A DNA stretch of 64,000 nucleotides from positions 4,310 to 68,309 of the IMG/VR virus record IMGVR_UViG_3300001473_000094. The stretch is one strand, 5' to 3'. Of the stretch, positions 1 through 8,038 are shown in pieces. The first letter of the stretch is position 1. Every line of letters begins with the position of its first letter. The position numbers and the translations under genes were made by a program. The DNA is from a virus. Below the pieces are notes generated by a model. The model was given only the letters and a program-made list of their open reading frames with translations, did not search any database and was not told the DNA's origin.

Positions 1-578
1 GCGATGGCTGGGCTGTTCAGTGTGAACAGGCGGTTGCTGCGGCGCGTGCGGTCAAGCGCGAGATCGCAGCGATTGAGGGAAAGATCGATCAACTTGTTGA
101 GCGGGTTGTCGATGCATCAAATCCCGGCGTGATTGCGGCCTATGAAGGGCGCATATCAGGGCTGGAACGCGAGAAGCTGATCCTGGCCGAAAAAGCTGTA
201 AATCCGGGACAACCGGTGAAGAGCTGCGAGGAAATGTTAGAACTCTGCCTGCGATTCCTCTCAAGCCCTTGGAAAATATGGACTTCTGGCGGGTTTGAGA
301 TGCGGCGGCTGGTCCTGAAACTGGCCTTTTCCGAGCCGCTGGTCTATGTGCGGAATGAAGGGTTTAGAACACCAAAAACCACCTTACCTTTCAAGGTGTT
401 AGCGGATTTTTGCGGGTCAAAAAGCAAGATGGTGCTGCTAGTGAGATTTGAACTCACGGCCTCTCCCTTACCAATGGGCTGGACCTGTGGCCTATGGGCG
501 AAAACAGGGGGTGATCGTGGGGATGATGACATAAGGACCTCGGGTGGAGTGGTGGGGGTGGACGGAACAAGGGAGTGA
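1..578 (+). CDS. C-terminal part of a large serine recombinase (5'-truncated by the window edge), belonging to an adjacent integrative element
   Basis: Coiled-coil region followed by LRFLSSPWKIW...RRLVLKLAFSEPLVY.RNEGFRTPK, which resembles the C-terminus of alphaproteobacterial recombinase-family proteins. The frame reads antisense into the tRNA fragment. The catalytic N-terminus is not visible. Confidence 0.6.
   Translation, partial: DGWAVQCEQAVAAARAVKREIAAIEGKIDQLVERVVDASNPGVIAAYEGRISGLEREKLILAEKAVNPGQPVKSCEEMLELCLRFLSSPWKIWTSGGFEMRRLVLKLAFSEPLVYVRNEGFRTPKTTLPFKVLADFCGSKSKMVLLVRFELTASPLPMGWTCGLWAKTGGDRGDDDIRTSGGVVGVDGTRE
430..474 (-). other. Displaced 3' half of tRNA-Thr(GGT); left prophage attachment site
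   Basis: The reverse complement reads TTGGTAA GGGAG AGGCC GTGAG TTCAAAT CTCAC TAGCAGC ACCA: anticodon loop, variable loop, T arm, acceptor strand and CCA. tRNA similarity stops at the anticodon loop, and the integrase gene is adjacent. Confidence 0.9.
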
Positions 579-635
579 TGGCGCAACGACAGCCGCAGGC
601 TGGAGGTTGAAATGCGCCATCACGTATTGGGACGG

Positions 636-1694
636 TCAGCGAAGCGACGAGACTGCGGACGAGCGAAGATCGTCATCGATGACGGCGTAGGTCGGCAGCA
701 TCTTCGTGTCGATGTGGCCGAGCAGGTCGGTGATGCGAAGGTCTCCAATATTGTTTGCCAAGAGTTGGGAGGCGAAGGTTCGGCGCGCATCGTGAGGCGT
801 CAGGTTGGGCAGATCGCACGCCTTGGCGACACGCTTCCACGTATGGGTGATCGTTTCGGGCGAGGTGATCGGCCGGCCAGTGGAGGAGAGGAAGACGAAG
901 TCGGAAGGGGTGCACGGATGGGTGGCGCGCAACGATGTCAAGATGGGTTGGAGGACCGAGTGGACGGGAATGCGCCGGATGATCACGCTGCCAGTGCGGC
1001 CTTTGCGGGAAGAGACGCAGATGAACGTGAAGGGTTCGGAGGGTTCGCCCTCATCTGATGCAGCAGGCGAGTGCCGCTCGATGCCGCCCCATCGCAAGTT
1101 GGTCAGTTCGGAACGCCGCATGCCCGTGTAGAAGAGGGTCGTCATGTGTGGGACGAACCACGGGAACATCGTGGCGCAGGTGGCCAGCATGAGGTTGCGT
1201 TGAGCCTCGGTGTAAATCGACTGCTTGGGCGGCGGGGAAGCAGGCTTGCGGATGCGAAAGGTTGGAAGGTCCTCGGCTTCGCGCGCGAAATTGAGGAAGC
1301 CTTGGATGGCTGCTATCTCACGGCGCACCGAAGATGGGGCGCGGCCAGTTGTCCGGACGTGGGCGAGGACGTGGGACGGCTTGATTTCGCGGACGCGGAA
1401 GCGCGGATGTGCCAGGACGAACGGGTGCACATAGTTGATGGTCGAGACGCCCGGACGTGATGGGCGGCGCTCATAGAGCGTGTAGGCGTCAGGGATGAGT
1501 GCGGATGCCGCACGCTCTCGCTCGATGGAAAGGGATAGCTGGCGCTCGATTTCCTTGAGGCGGCTCTTTGCCTTCGCCCGTTGTGAGGGGCCGTAGCCAG
1601 TCGTGCGATTGACATACCGGCCACCCATGCGGCCAGTCGCATAGAGGACTGTGCCGCGCTTTCCGGGGCGGGGGACGAGCTTGAGGGAAGGCAT
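636..1694 (-). CDS. int: Tyrosine integrase
   Basis: Motifs TGMRRSEL, HDARRTFAS and LLGH...TY give the R-H-R-H-Y catalytic set. SD AGGAG lies upstream of ATG 1694. Confidence 0.92.
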   Translation of the reverse strand: MPSLKLVPRPGKRGTVLYATGRMGGRYVNRTTGYGPSQRAKAKSRLKEIERQLSLSIERERAASALIPDAYTLYERRPSRPGVSTINYVHPFVLAHPRFRVREIKPSHVLAHVRTTGRAPSSVRREIAAIQGFLNFAREAEDLPTFRIRKPASPPPKQSIYTEAQRNLMLATCATMFPWFVPHMTTLFYTGMRRSELTNLRWGGIERHSPAASDEGEPSEPFTFICVSSRKGRTGSVIIRRIPVHSVLQPILTSLRATHPCTPSDFVFLSSTGRPITSPETITHTWKRVAKACDLPNLTPHDARRTFASQLLANNIGDLRITDLLGHIDTKMLPTYAVIDDDLRSSAVSSLR

Positions 1695-1704
1695 ATGTTT
1701 GCTC

Positions 1705-2151
1705 CTACTTCTGTGGTGATGGGTGGTGTAGTCGAACTCTTTCGTTGATGGGGTTGTCGGGATCGTAGGTGGCGTCCCAGTTTTTGGGGAGGCCACCAGA
1801 GACGGTTTCATAGACATCGTCTGAGACGCGGCCAAACATGGGCGCGGCCGTCGTGATGGCGGATGCGCGGCGCTTCACACCAAGCTTTCGGCAGATCATC
1901 GCGATGTGCGTCTTCACCGTGGAGGTGGTGACATCAAGACGTTCGGCAATCTCGGAGTTGGGAGCGTCCCGGAGAAGCATTTGGAGAATGGCATGCTGTT
2001 TGGTCGTGAAGATATTGAGCATAGCCACGTCGGCGGGATTGTCGCGCTCAAGGACTTCGGGTGCACTTAGGCGCCCAACCTTTTCTTCTATGCGGGCGAG
2101 TTGAGCGGACATGTGAGAAAGCATATCCACCAATGTTGAGTTAGCGGTCAT
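1705..2151 (-). CDS. LuxR-family HTH transcriptional regulator
   Basis: FTTKQHAILQMLLRDAPNSEIAERLDVTTSTVKTHIAMICRKLGV is a LuxR/GerE HTH. No receiver or autoinducer-binding domain is present. Confidence 0.85.
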   Translation of the reverse strand: MTANSTLVDMLSHMSAQLARIEEKVGRLSAPEVLERDNPADVAMLNIFTTKQHAILQMLLRDAPNSEIAERLDVTTSTVKTHIAMICRKLGVKRRASAITTAAPMFGRVSDDVYETVSGGLPKNWDATYDPDNPINERVRLHHPSPQK

Positions 2152-2235
2152 GTGAGAATGGCCTTTTCGCTGATGACGGGACGGGGCTTGCGTACATAAT
2201 CTAATGTGGCGTCCATCAGGAAAAAAGTGTGACTA

Positions 2236-2263
2236 ATGATAACAGGTATTGTTTCGTCGTCAA
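2236..2263 (-). promoter_or_regulatory. Sigma70-like promoter for the luxR-int genes
   Basis: TTGACG-N16-TATCAT with an extended -10 TG, in an AT-rich intergenic gap. Confidence 0.5.
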
Positions 2264-2354
2264 GTGTAGTGATTTATCATCTGGCCAACGAAAAGGTGGG
2301 CCATGGGATGATGTGAAACAGACTCAGGGAGTGTCGTAGGGAGAGACGCAGAAG

Positions 2355-2666
2355 CTACGGTCGACCGCAATCATTGGGCGGGATTCGGTCGAGTTCCCGG
2401 TAGAGACGGGTCACGTCATTGCACAGCGAGCGGGAATAGGCGCGCTCGGCTTGGACTTCGCGTTCAAGGAGAGTCTGTAGGACGCGGCCATCCGCAGCAG
2501 TAAAACGGTTGCTGTCCGTAGAAGCGCGCCACTCTTGAAGGGCGCGGACTTCGGCTTGCAGGGAGCCGACCCACAGCGAGAAGGCAACGATTGCCGCACA
2601 TGCAGTGATAACGAGGGCCAAGGGTAGATGGATGGTGCCGGCTGAGGGTCCCTGAGGTGCGCTCAT
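2355..2666 (-). CDS. Single-TM membrane protein, possibly lysis-related
   Basis: Hydrophobic LPLALVITACAAIVAFSLWVG followed by a coiled coil. SD GGAG. Confidence 0.6.
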   Translation of the reverse strand: MSAPQGPSAGTIHLPLALVITACAAIVAFSLWVGSLQAEVRALQEWRASTDSNRFTAADGRVLQTLLEREVQAERAYSRSLCNDVTRLYRELDRIPPNDCGRP

Positions 2667-2683
2667 CGTGGTCTCCCCGGCCG

Positions 2684-2857
2684 CTAGGTGTAGTCGTTCG
2701 GAGCCTGATAGACACCCCATGCCATGGCTGCGCCGACGATGAGGTCGACCACGACTGGGTCGAGGCCCATCAGGTCAATCTCGAAATAGCCAAGCGTTAT
2801 GAAAATGGTGATGCCGATGACGGCAGCGATGAGCTTACGATAGCGGTTCGGGTTCAT
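2684..2857 (-). CDS. Holin-like protein with two TM segments
   Basis: 57 aa with a basic N-terminus (RYRK), two hydrophobic helices and a C-terminal GVYQAPN. Confidence 0.6.
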   Translation of the reverse strand: MNPNRYRKLIAAVIGITIFITLGYFEIDLMGLDPVVVDLIVGAAMAWGVYQAPNDYT

Positions 2858-3365
2858 CTCGGTCGGCCTCGCTTCCGGGCTGAGTGGACGGCTCGATTTT
2901 ATCGAGGGTCGAGTCAGCCTGTCCTCCGGTCGAGGAGGGCATCGGCGAGGCATCGCTGTCGAATGGGAGGGGGTCGATCATCTGGCCATTGGCGTTGAGA
3001 GTCACGAAGATGACCGGCTCGTCCGGCACGACCGGGCAGAGGAGGCCGGTGGCCAAGGAGAAGCAGACCGTCAGGTGAGAATCGGACGACGAGGATGAGA
3101 GGGAAAGGCCAACCAGGTCGGGGTGGGGATCGATGATTGGCCAAGGGAGGGGGGAAGCAAACCGAGGGACGGTAGGGATCTTCATCGACGTGACCAGCGC
3201 ACGCGCCATTGCGCCAGCCTCAAGATAGACAGGAGCGAGCGCGACGAGCAGGTCGCCGGTGGACAGGGTAGGACGGGTGCCGACGAGCGTTTCGATGACT
3301 GGAAGATCGGCAAGGGCGGAGGACACCAAGGAAGTGTCGAAGTGGAGACGGAGGGGTTCGTTCAT
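2835..3365 (-). CDS. Hypothetical protein
   Basis: Fills the gap in the minus-strand operon. Start MNEPLRL chosen by spacing. Confidence 0.55.
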   Translation of the reverse strand: MNEPLRLHFDTSLVSSALADLPVIETLVGTRPTLSTGDLLVALAPVYLEAGAMARALVTSMKIPTVPRFASPLPWPIIDPHPDLVGLSLSSSSSDSHLTVCFSLATGLLCPVVPDEPVIFVTLNANGQMIDPLPFDSDASPMPSSTGGQADSTLDKIEPSTQPGSEADRDEPEPLS

Positions 3366-3387
3366 CGCTGAACCTTTTGGGCATGAT

Positions 3388-4791
3388 TTAGTTGGGGAAG
3401 CCCCGCCGGATCGATGAGGCGGAAGCGCCGGGGCGATAGCCACGGGCGACGAGGACGCGCATCACCTCAGGGGGGATCGAGGTCCAGCCGCCCCAGTTGG
3501 ACTTGGGGTTGAAGGAGGAGGGAACCGAGGACCGCATGTCGAAGTGGACGTGGCCATCATAGATGCCGACGCCAGTGGCACCCGCTCCGACATGTGCGTC
3601 GACGAGGCGCACGAGTTCCTCCATCGAGGATGGGCGAGCCACGTCAGCAGCGAGGGAACCCGAGCCGTTGCGGCCAGTGTGGTAGGAGTGCTTGGCCACC
3701 GTAGGCCGGTTTGGGTTTCCAGAAAAACGAATGCGATCTTGGTGAGATTGGGATCGATAGCCGGACGTGATCGAGGTGTCGGAGCCAATTTGGCCAGCGG
3801 CCCTGCGCAGTACGTCGGCGAAGCCTTCGTCGAAGTTGAGGGAGACATCGTCACGGGCAGCTACGAAGCCGAAACCGGAAGCTTCCAGTGCACCGTCGCG
3901 GCCAAGGTAGGTGTCTCCCGTTTGCGGAGGATTGGGTTCCGCCGGAGCGAATGACTCGTTGGGAAGGGACTCGCTGTAGGGCGAGACGTAAGGCACGAGA
4001 CTGTCGGACGAAGGGGTCAACCATTCTGGAGAAGGAATGGGATCGGGAATTGATGCGACAGCCGGCATGCCTCGGGCTCGGCGCGTGCTCTTGAGACCTT
4101 TGCCAAGGATGTTGCCTGCTTCGATAAAGGCGTTACCCGTGGCGTTGCCATAAGCTGGTGCGAGTTCGACGCCGCCAGAGGCGGCGGCGGATGCAACGCC
4201 GCCGCCGGGACGACTGGATGTGTCGCCCGACGCCCCCCGAAAAGGGGCGGAGGGCGAAGCCCGACCATCATCCTCAAGGCCATCGATGGCGAGAGAATAC
4301 TCTGGGGCACCGTCATAGCCGGGCGCGTTGCCGTGGTAGTGGACGGATTGGCCAACTCCCAAGCGTTGGGCACCCGAGTCGATCATCGGGGTTACCCACG
4401 ATTGGAGGTTGGACCGGTCGGAGAAGTTGGGGTTGGCGTAGTGAAGAGAGTTGCCGACTACGGAGGGGGCTCCGTTCGCGCGGGACGCAAGGTGGGAGGA
4501 GACCAATGACATCACGTTCTGTGATGCCGAAGGCGCCTCTTGGACAGAGCCGTAAGGGTCAAGGCGGCTCGGGCCAGTGATCTTGGAGAAAGCGCGGCGC
4601 TGGTTCATGACGCCTGTGGCCGTGTCGGGGAAGCCGTCCGTGGCCATGCGATTTGTGATCGTATCGACCACGGCGTGGACCATGCGTGCGTATTCCTGAG
4701 GGTCTTGACGGCCAATGGAGGCGGGAACCTCGGTCTCGACGACACGGGCGATGAGGTCGATGTCTTGAGGCGTCAGGGAAATCTTGCGCAT
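3388..4791 (-). CDS. Two-domain peptidoglycan hydrolase: SleB/Hydrolase_2-like N-terminus plus Peptidase M15-like C-terminus
   Basis: N-terminus DIDLIARVVETE...AVVDTITNR...AFS...LHYANP. C-terminus ITSGYRS...HSYH...AADV...GVGIY..HVHFD. Confidence 0.8.
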   Translation of the reverse strand: MRKISLTPQDIDLIARVVETEVPASIGRQDPQEYARMVHAVVDTITNRMATDGFPDTATGVMNQRRAFSKITGPSRLDPYGSVQEAPSASQNVMSLVSSHLASRANGAPSVVGNSLHYANPNFSDRSNLQSWVTPMIDSGAQRLGVGQSVHYHGNAPGYDGAPEYSLAIDGLEDDGRASPSAPFRGASGDTSSRPGGGVASAAASGGVELAPAYGNATGNAFIEAGNILGKGLKSTRRARGMPAVASIPDPIPSPEWLTPSSDSLVPYVSPYSESLPNESFAPAEPNPPQTGDTYLGRDGALEASGFGFVAARDDVSLNFDEGFADVLRRAAGQIGSDTSITSGYRSQSHQDRIRFSGNPNRPTVAKHSYHTGRNGSGSLAADVARPSSMEELVRLVDAHVGAGATGVGIYDGHVHFDMRSSVPSSFNPKSNWGGWTSIPPEVMRVLVARGYRPGASASSIRRGFPN

Positions 4792-4792
4792 C

Positions 4793-5074
4793 TTATTCCT
4801 CCGAGTAGTCCCTGACTGTTTCGACAACGCGCGACTGGAGGAGACTGGCGGCAGCAACAGCTTGGATGGGGTTGTCCCACATACCGGAGGAGATGACGGT
4901 CATGACGCCGCCGCCCTGATGGCGGGATACCATCATGATGTCGGACATTTCGTCGGACTCGATCTTGGCGCGCATTTCGTCGAGGGCCTCGAGGGCGTCA
5001 CGCTTGGCTGCCTCTTCGTCTTCGGACGGAGGGCGGGGGGAGAAAGGGACGACTTTGAGGTCAGGCTTTTGCAT
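4793..5074 (-). CDS. Hypothetical protein
   Basis: Tightly coupled ORF with SD GGAG. Confidence 0.55.
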   Translation of the reverse strand: MQKPDLKVVPFSPRPPSEDEEAAKRDALEALDEMRAKIESDEMSDIMMVSRHQGGGVMTVISSGMWDNPIQAVAAASLLQSRVVETVRDYSEE

Positions 5075-5453
5075 GGCCAGTCTGCTCCAGATATGCGCGG
5101 TAGAAGACAAGGAAGTCGTCAAGGGTGAGAACGACGGTGGCGTCGCCGGTGGCTTGACCATTGTAGCGGTGGATCACGGCGGGCAAGTCGTTGCCAGTGG
5201 CGTTGCGCCTGTTCTGGCGCTGGAAGTCTCGGAGGGTGAAGCGCTCGGTACGCTTGGCTTCGACGGACAAGCGGGGCAGGCCATACAGATCACCAGAACC
5301 CTTGGTCATATCAAATGCCTGGGCGCCCGCAGCGCCACGCGCAACGTCGAGGCCAAGCTTGCTGCTGAGATACTTGGCCAACTCTCGCTCGAAGGCGAGG
5401 CCCTTATTGCGGACTGAGCGGCCGTTGGGGACTTTCAGGTTCGACTTCGGCAT
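5061..5453 (-). CDS. Holliday junction resolvase (PD-(D/E)XK, Hjc-like)
   Basis: RNKGLAFERELAKYL...GDL...VEAKR. Confidence 0.8.
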   Translation of the reverse strand: MPKSNLKVPNGRSVRNKGLAFERELAKYLSSKLGLDVARGAAGAQAFDMTKGSGDLYGLPRLSVEAKRTERFTLRDFQRQNRRNATGNDLPAVIHRYNGQATGDATVVLTLDDFLVFYRAYLEQTGHAKA

Positions 5454-5764
5454 TTGTCACACATGTAGAGGTTGCGGGGGCGAGGCTTTGTGCAGCCGCA
5501 GTTCATGCAGGGACGGCTCCACACTTGGGGTCGTTGGGCAGATGGCTGGTACTTGTCACCCCGGCTTTCGATGAGATCGAGGGAGACGGCGATTTTGCGT
5601 ATCGTGTCTTCGTGGAGATCATAACCAGCGGACTGGATCATCTCCACCGCACGACGAAAGGAGCCGCGCGGCCGCTTCTTCCCGTTGGTTGATCTGGGAA
5701 CACCCCTAAAAGCACGGCGGAATGTGACCTCAAGGGAGGGGGAAACATCGGGTTTCGCTGGCAC
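5435..5764 (-). CDS. Putative DNA-binding protein with a C-terminal Zn ribbon
   Basis: CMNC...CDKC; GTG start with SD GGAG. Confidence 0.6.
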   Translation of the reverse strand: MPAKPDVSPSLEVTFRRAFRGVPRSTNGKKRPRGSFRRAVEMIQSAGYDLHEDTIRKIAVSLDLIESRGDKYQPSAQRPQVWSRPCMNCGCTKPRPRNLYMCDKCRSRT

Positions 5765-5864
5765 AAGCGGGGTCTCCGGCGGTGATTCGCCGAAGCTATT
5801 GCATAGACCTATGGATGAAAAGAAATAGTCTTGGGGTTGACTTTCTAATCCGCCATGTCAAAAA

Positions 5865-6013
5865 TCGGTTGTCGGCCGACTTTCTTCGGACGGCGAAGGA
5901 AGAGCGACACCAGAAGCTCTTCGTTCGACGGTTCGGACAGCATGGACGAATGCTGCCGCCTCCGCTTCGCGGCTCCGGCGGCAGCGCACGAAGAGACAAA
6001 GGCCGACAACCGA
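5865..6013. other. Multi-stem structured intergenic element
   Basis: A perfect 13-bp inverted repeat (TCGGTTGTCGGCC / GGCCGACAACCGA) encloses further stems. Confidence 0.6.
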
Positions 6014-6037
6014 AAAACACCACAGTAGGAAAAAACC

Positions 6038-6772
6038 ATGGGATCGTATCATTTGAACCCCGAAGAGCGGGCCGAGATCATTCGGCTCGGCCGGGAAACC
6101 TTTCTCACCCAGAAGGCCATCGCCGATGCGGTTGGCCGCTCTCAGCGCACCGTGTCCGGCGTCTTGATGAAGGCGAAAGAAGACGGACTGATCTCCTCGA
6201 TGCCGCACGAAAAGCGGCAGACGGGCATGACCCAGATGGCTTCTGAACTCTGCGACTTTAAGAAGGACAGCGATCAGATCGTCCGAGACGCCGGACTGTC
6301 ACCGGTTCTGGCTCGATCCTACGAACGCTTGCGGGATCGGGCTCGCTACAAGCGCGTTCCCTTCACCCTCACGGCAGAAGAGTGGGGCCTGCTCTGGGAA
6401 CAATCGCCTGCTGACGGGCCGGGAAAATATCTGTCCCGCCGCAAGGACATCGCGCTCGGTTACAGCTTCGACAACATGGAGATCGTTTCACGCTCGGACT
6501 TCTACGAAACCATGCCGAAGGGTTGGGGAGCGTGGAACAAGTCCAAAGGAAAAAAGCCGAACGGCTCCGAAGAGCCGCACCGCGCAAACAAGGTGGCAAC
6601 GCCTCGGTCGAAGGAGATTGATCGATCGCCCATTGACATCATCGAGAAGGCCAGCGCGAGCGGGACCTACTTTGTTGCCCGATACGAAACCGCTGCGGGC
6701 CAGCGATTTGAGGGTCCGTTCACGTCAGCCGACGATGCCATGCAGACCATGATGGAGCGGCGCCTCAAATGA
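6038..6772 (+). CDS. HTH protein with a degenerate HNH-like middle region and an AP2-like C-terminus
   Basis: TQKAIADAVGRSQRTVS (HTH); RARYKRVPFTLTAEEW...GYSFDNMEIVS; YFVARY...EGPFTSADDA. Confidence 0.6.
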   Translation: MGSYHLNPEERAEIIRLGRETFLTQKAIADAVGRSQRTVSGVLMKAKEDGLISSMPHEKRQTGMTQMASELCDFKKDSDQIVRDAGLSPVLARSYERLRDRARYKRVPFTLTAEEWGLLWEQSPADGPGKYLSRRKDIALGYSFDNMEIVSRSDFYETMPKGWGAWNKSKGKKPNGSEEPHRANKVATPRSKEIDRSPIDIIEKASASGTYFVARYETAAGQRFEGPFTSADDAMQTMMERRLK

Positions 6773-7248
6773 AATTGCTGGGCAAGGTGAGGGCGTCTCG
6801 GAGAGGTTTCTTTGGCCTCTCCGCCGGCGGGGTCCTAACGGCCAAGAGCGCTGTCAACGAGGTGGCAAACGAAGCTGTACTGCGCTCCAAATACACATCG
6901 GCTGGCCGCTTTACGTCCGAGGCTTTTGGCATTGGGGCTAATCCATCCAGCGAACATGACGACTGGAAGTCCAAGACCATCGCGAGACTTCGCGCAATTG
7001 TGGCCGGCAAGCCCACCCCGGAGCAGGTCTCCGAGTGGCGGCTTGAAAGACTGGCGCTTGCAAGGAGCACCGTTCAGGTTGAGGTCTTGAACCTCAGGTC
7101 AATATCGGACGCCGCCAAGATGCGCCTCCTCAACAGGCGCAACGTGGAGGTTTCCAGGAGGGTCGAGCGAGAGGAGGCGAGGAAGCGGCTTCTCTACGAC
7201 TTCGGCGTTCCCGCCTTCCTTGTAGAGGGTGACGATGACCAGTCTTGA
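6769..7248 (+). CDS. Hypothetical protein with a twin-arginine-like N-terminal motif
   Basis: SRRGFFG near the N-terminus; ATGA overlap with the upstream gene. Confidence 0.65.
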   Translation: MKLLGKVRASRRGFFGLSAGGVLTAKSAVNEVANEAVLRSKYTSAGRFTSEAFGIGANPSSEHDDWKSKTIARLRAIVAGKPTPEQVSEWRLERLALARSTVQVEVLNLRSISDAAKMRLLNRRNVEVSRRVEREEARKRLLYDFGVPAFLVEGDDDQS

Positions 7249-7477
7249 GGATGTCAGGCACGCATTTCCGGATGGGACGTTCGTCAAAAAGAAGTCTGGT
7301 TACGATTGGCCGGGAGTTGTGTGCGGTGTCGTGCCCCACAGCCGGGGCATTCTTGTCGTGGTTGAGAACCGAATGTCACCGGGGACCGTCCACGTCTTCA
7401 CGCCAAGCGTGATCGAGAAGGATGGCCGGTCGAGAGACGACATTCTCGGCGATGCGGAGGCGTTGTTCCTCGAATGA
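7229..7477 (+). CDS. DfrB/R67 DHFR-like SH3-fold protein (divergent)
   Basis: GTFVKKKSGYDWPGVVCG...VVVENRMSPGTVHVF compares with R67 GDRVRKKSGAAWQGQIVG...YAVESEAHPGSVQIY. Confidence 0.6.
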   Translation: MTMTSLEDVRHAFPDGTFVKKKSGYDWPGVVCGVVPHSRGILVVVENRMSPGTVHVFTPSVIEKDGRSRDDILGDAEALFLE

Positions 7478-7659
7478 CAGACCTGACCTCTGAACAGGCC
7501 AAACAAATGCGGGCCGCCCACGAAAGGGCGGCCGCAAAAAACCGCGCCGAGTATCCAGAGCTGGCCAAGGATGTTGATTTGATCCGGGAGGTCTTCCCCG
7601 GTGCGCGCGTCACCTATCTGGGAAAGCCGCGCAAGGAGAGTTTGGAGCATTACGAATGA
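7474..7659 (+). CDS. Hypothetical protein
   Basis: ATGA-coupled to neighbouring ORFs on both sides. Confidence 0.6.
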   Translation: MTDLTSEQAKQMRAAHERAAAKNRAEYPELAKDVDLIREVFPGARVTYLGKPRKESLEHYE

Positions 7660-7817
7660 TGGAGTTTCTCGCCACCATTATTCTCCTGTATGTCGCTGTC
7701 GGCGTCTTCTTGGTCTGCGCCACTCGATCTCGTGGCGTCATTGCCGACCTGATCTTCGGGATGTTTTGGCCTGTCTTTCTGTATATCGATTGGAAAAACG
7801 GACTGTTCAAAAATTGA
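7656..7817 (+). CDS. Small membrane protein (53 aa, below the ORF-track cutoff)
   Basis: MMEFLATIILLYVAVGVFLVC...LIFGMFWPVFLY; SD GGAG and ATGA overlap. Confidence 0.55.
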   Translation: MMEFLATIILLYVAVGVFLVCATRSRGVIADLIFGMFWPVFLYIDWKNGLFKN

Positions 7818-8038
7818 GATGCCCAACCTGCAACGGTAAAGGGTTCGCGTGGCTGCCGGAGTCATACTCCGATGGCCAAATCTCGCGGTCCCTCGACCTG
7901 CAACCGTGCCCCGACTGCCATGCAGGTCATCAGCACTGCTGCGACGGCCTGACTGCCGAGAACGACCTAGAGGTCGAGCCATTGTCTGACGGTGAAGAGC
8001 CCGACACCCAGCGTGCGAGCGATGTAGATTTCGGATGA
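7814..8038 (+). CDS. Small CxxCxGxG-type Zn-finger protein
   Basis: CPTCNGKG...PCPDCHAG..HCC; TTGA overlap. Confidence 0.5.
   Translation: MRCPTCNGKGFAWLPESYSDGQISRSLDLQPCPDCHAGHQHCCDGLTAENDLEVEPLSDGEEPDTQRASDVDFG

Noticed and set aside
430-510. Complete tRNA-Thr gene
   Set aside because: The 5' half (acceptor 5' strand and D arm) is absent and the anticodon stem does not pair, so it is an att remnant.
7229-7477. Functional trimethoprim-resistance gene dfrB
   Set aside because: The catalytic VQIY motif is altered, so resistance cannot be claimed from sequence.
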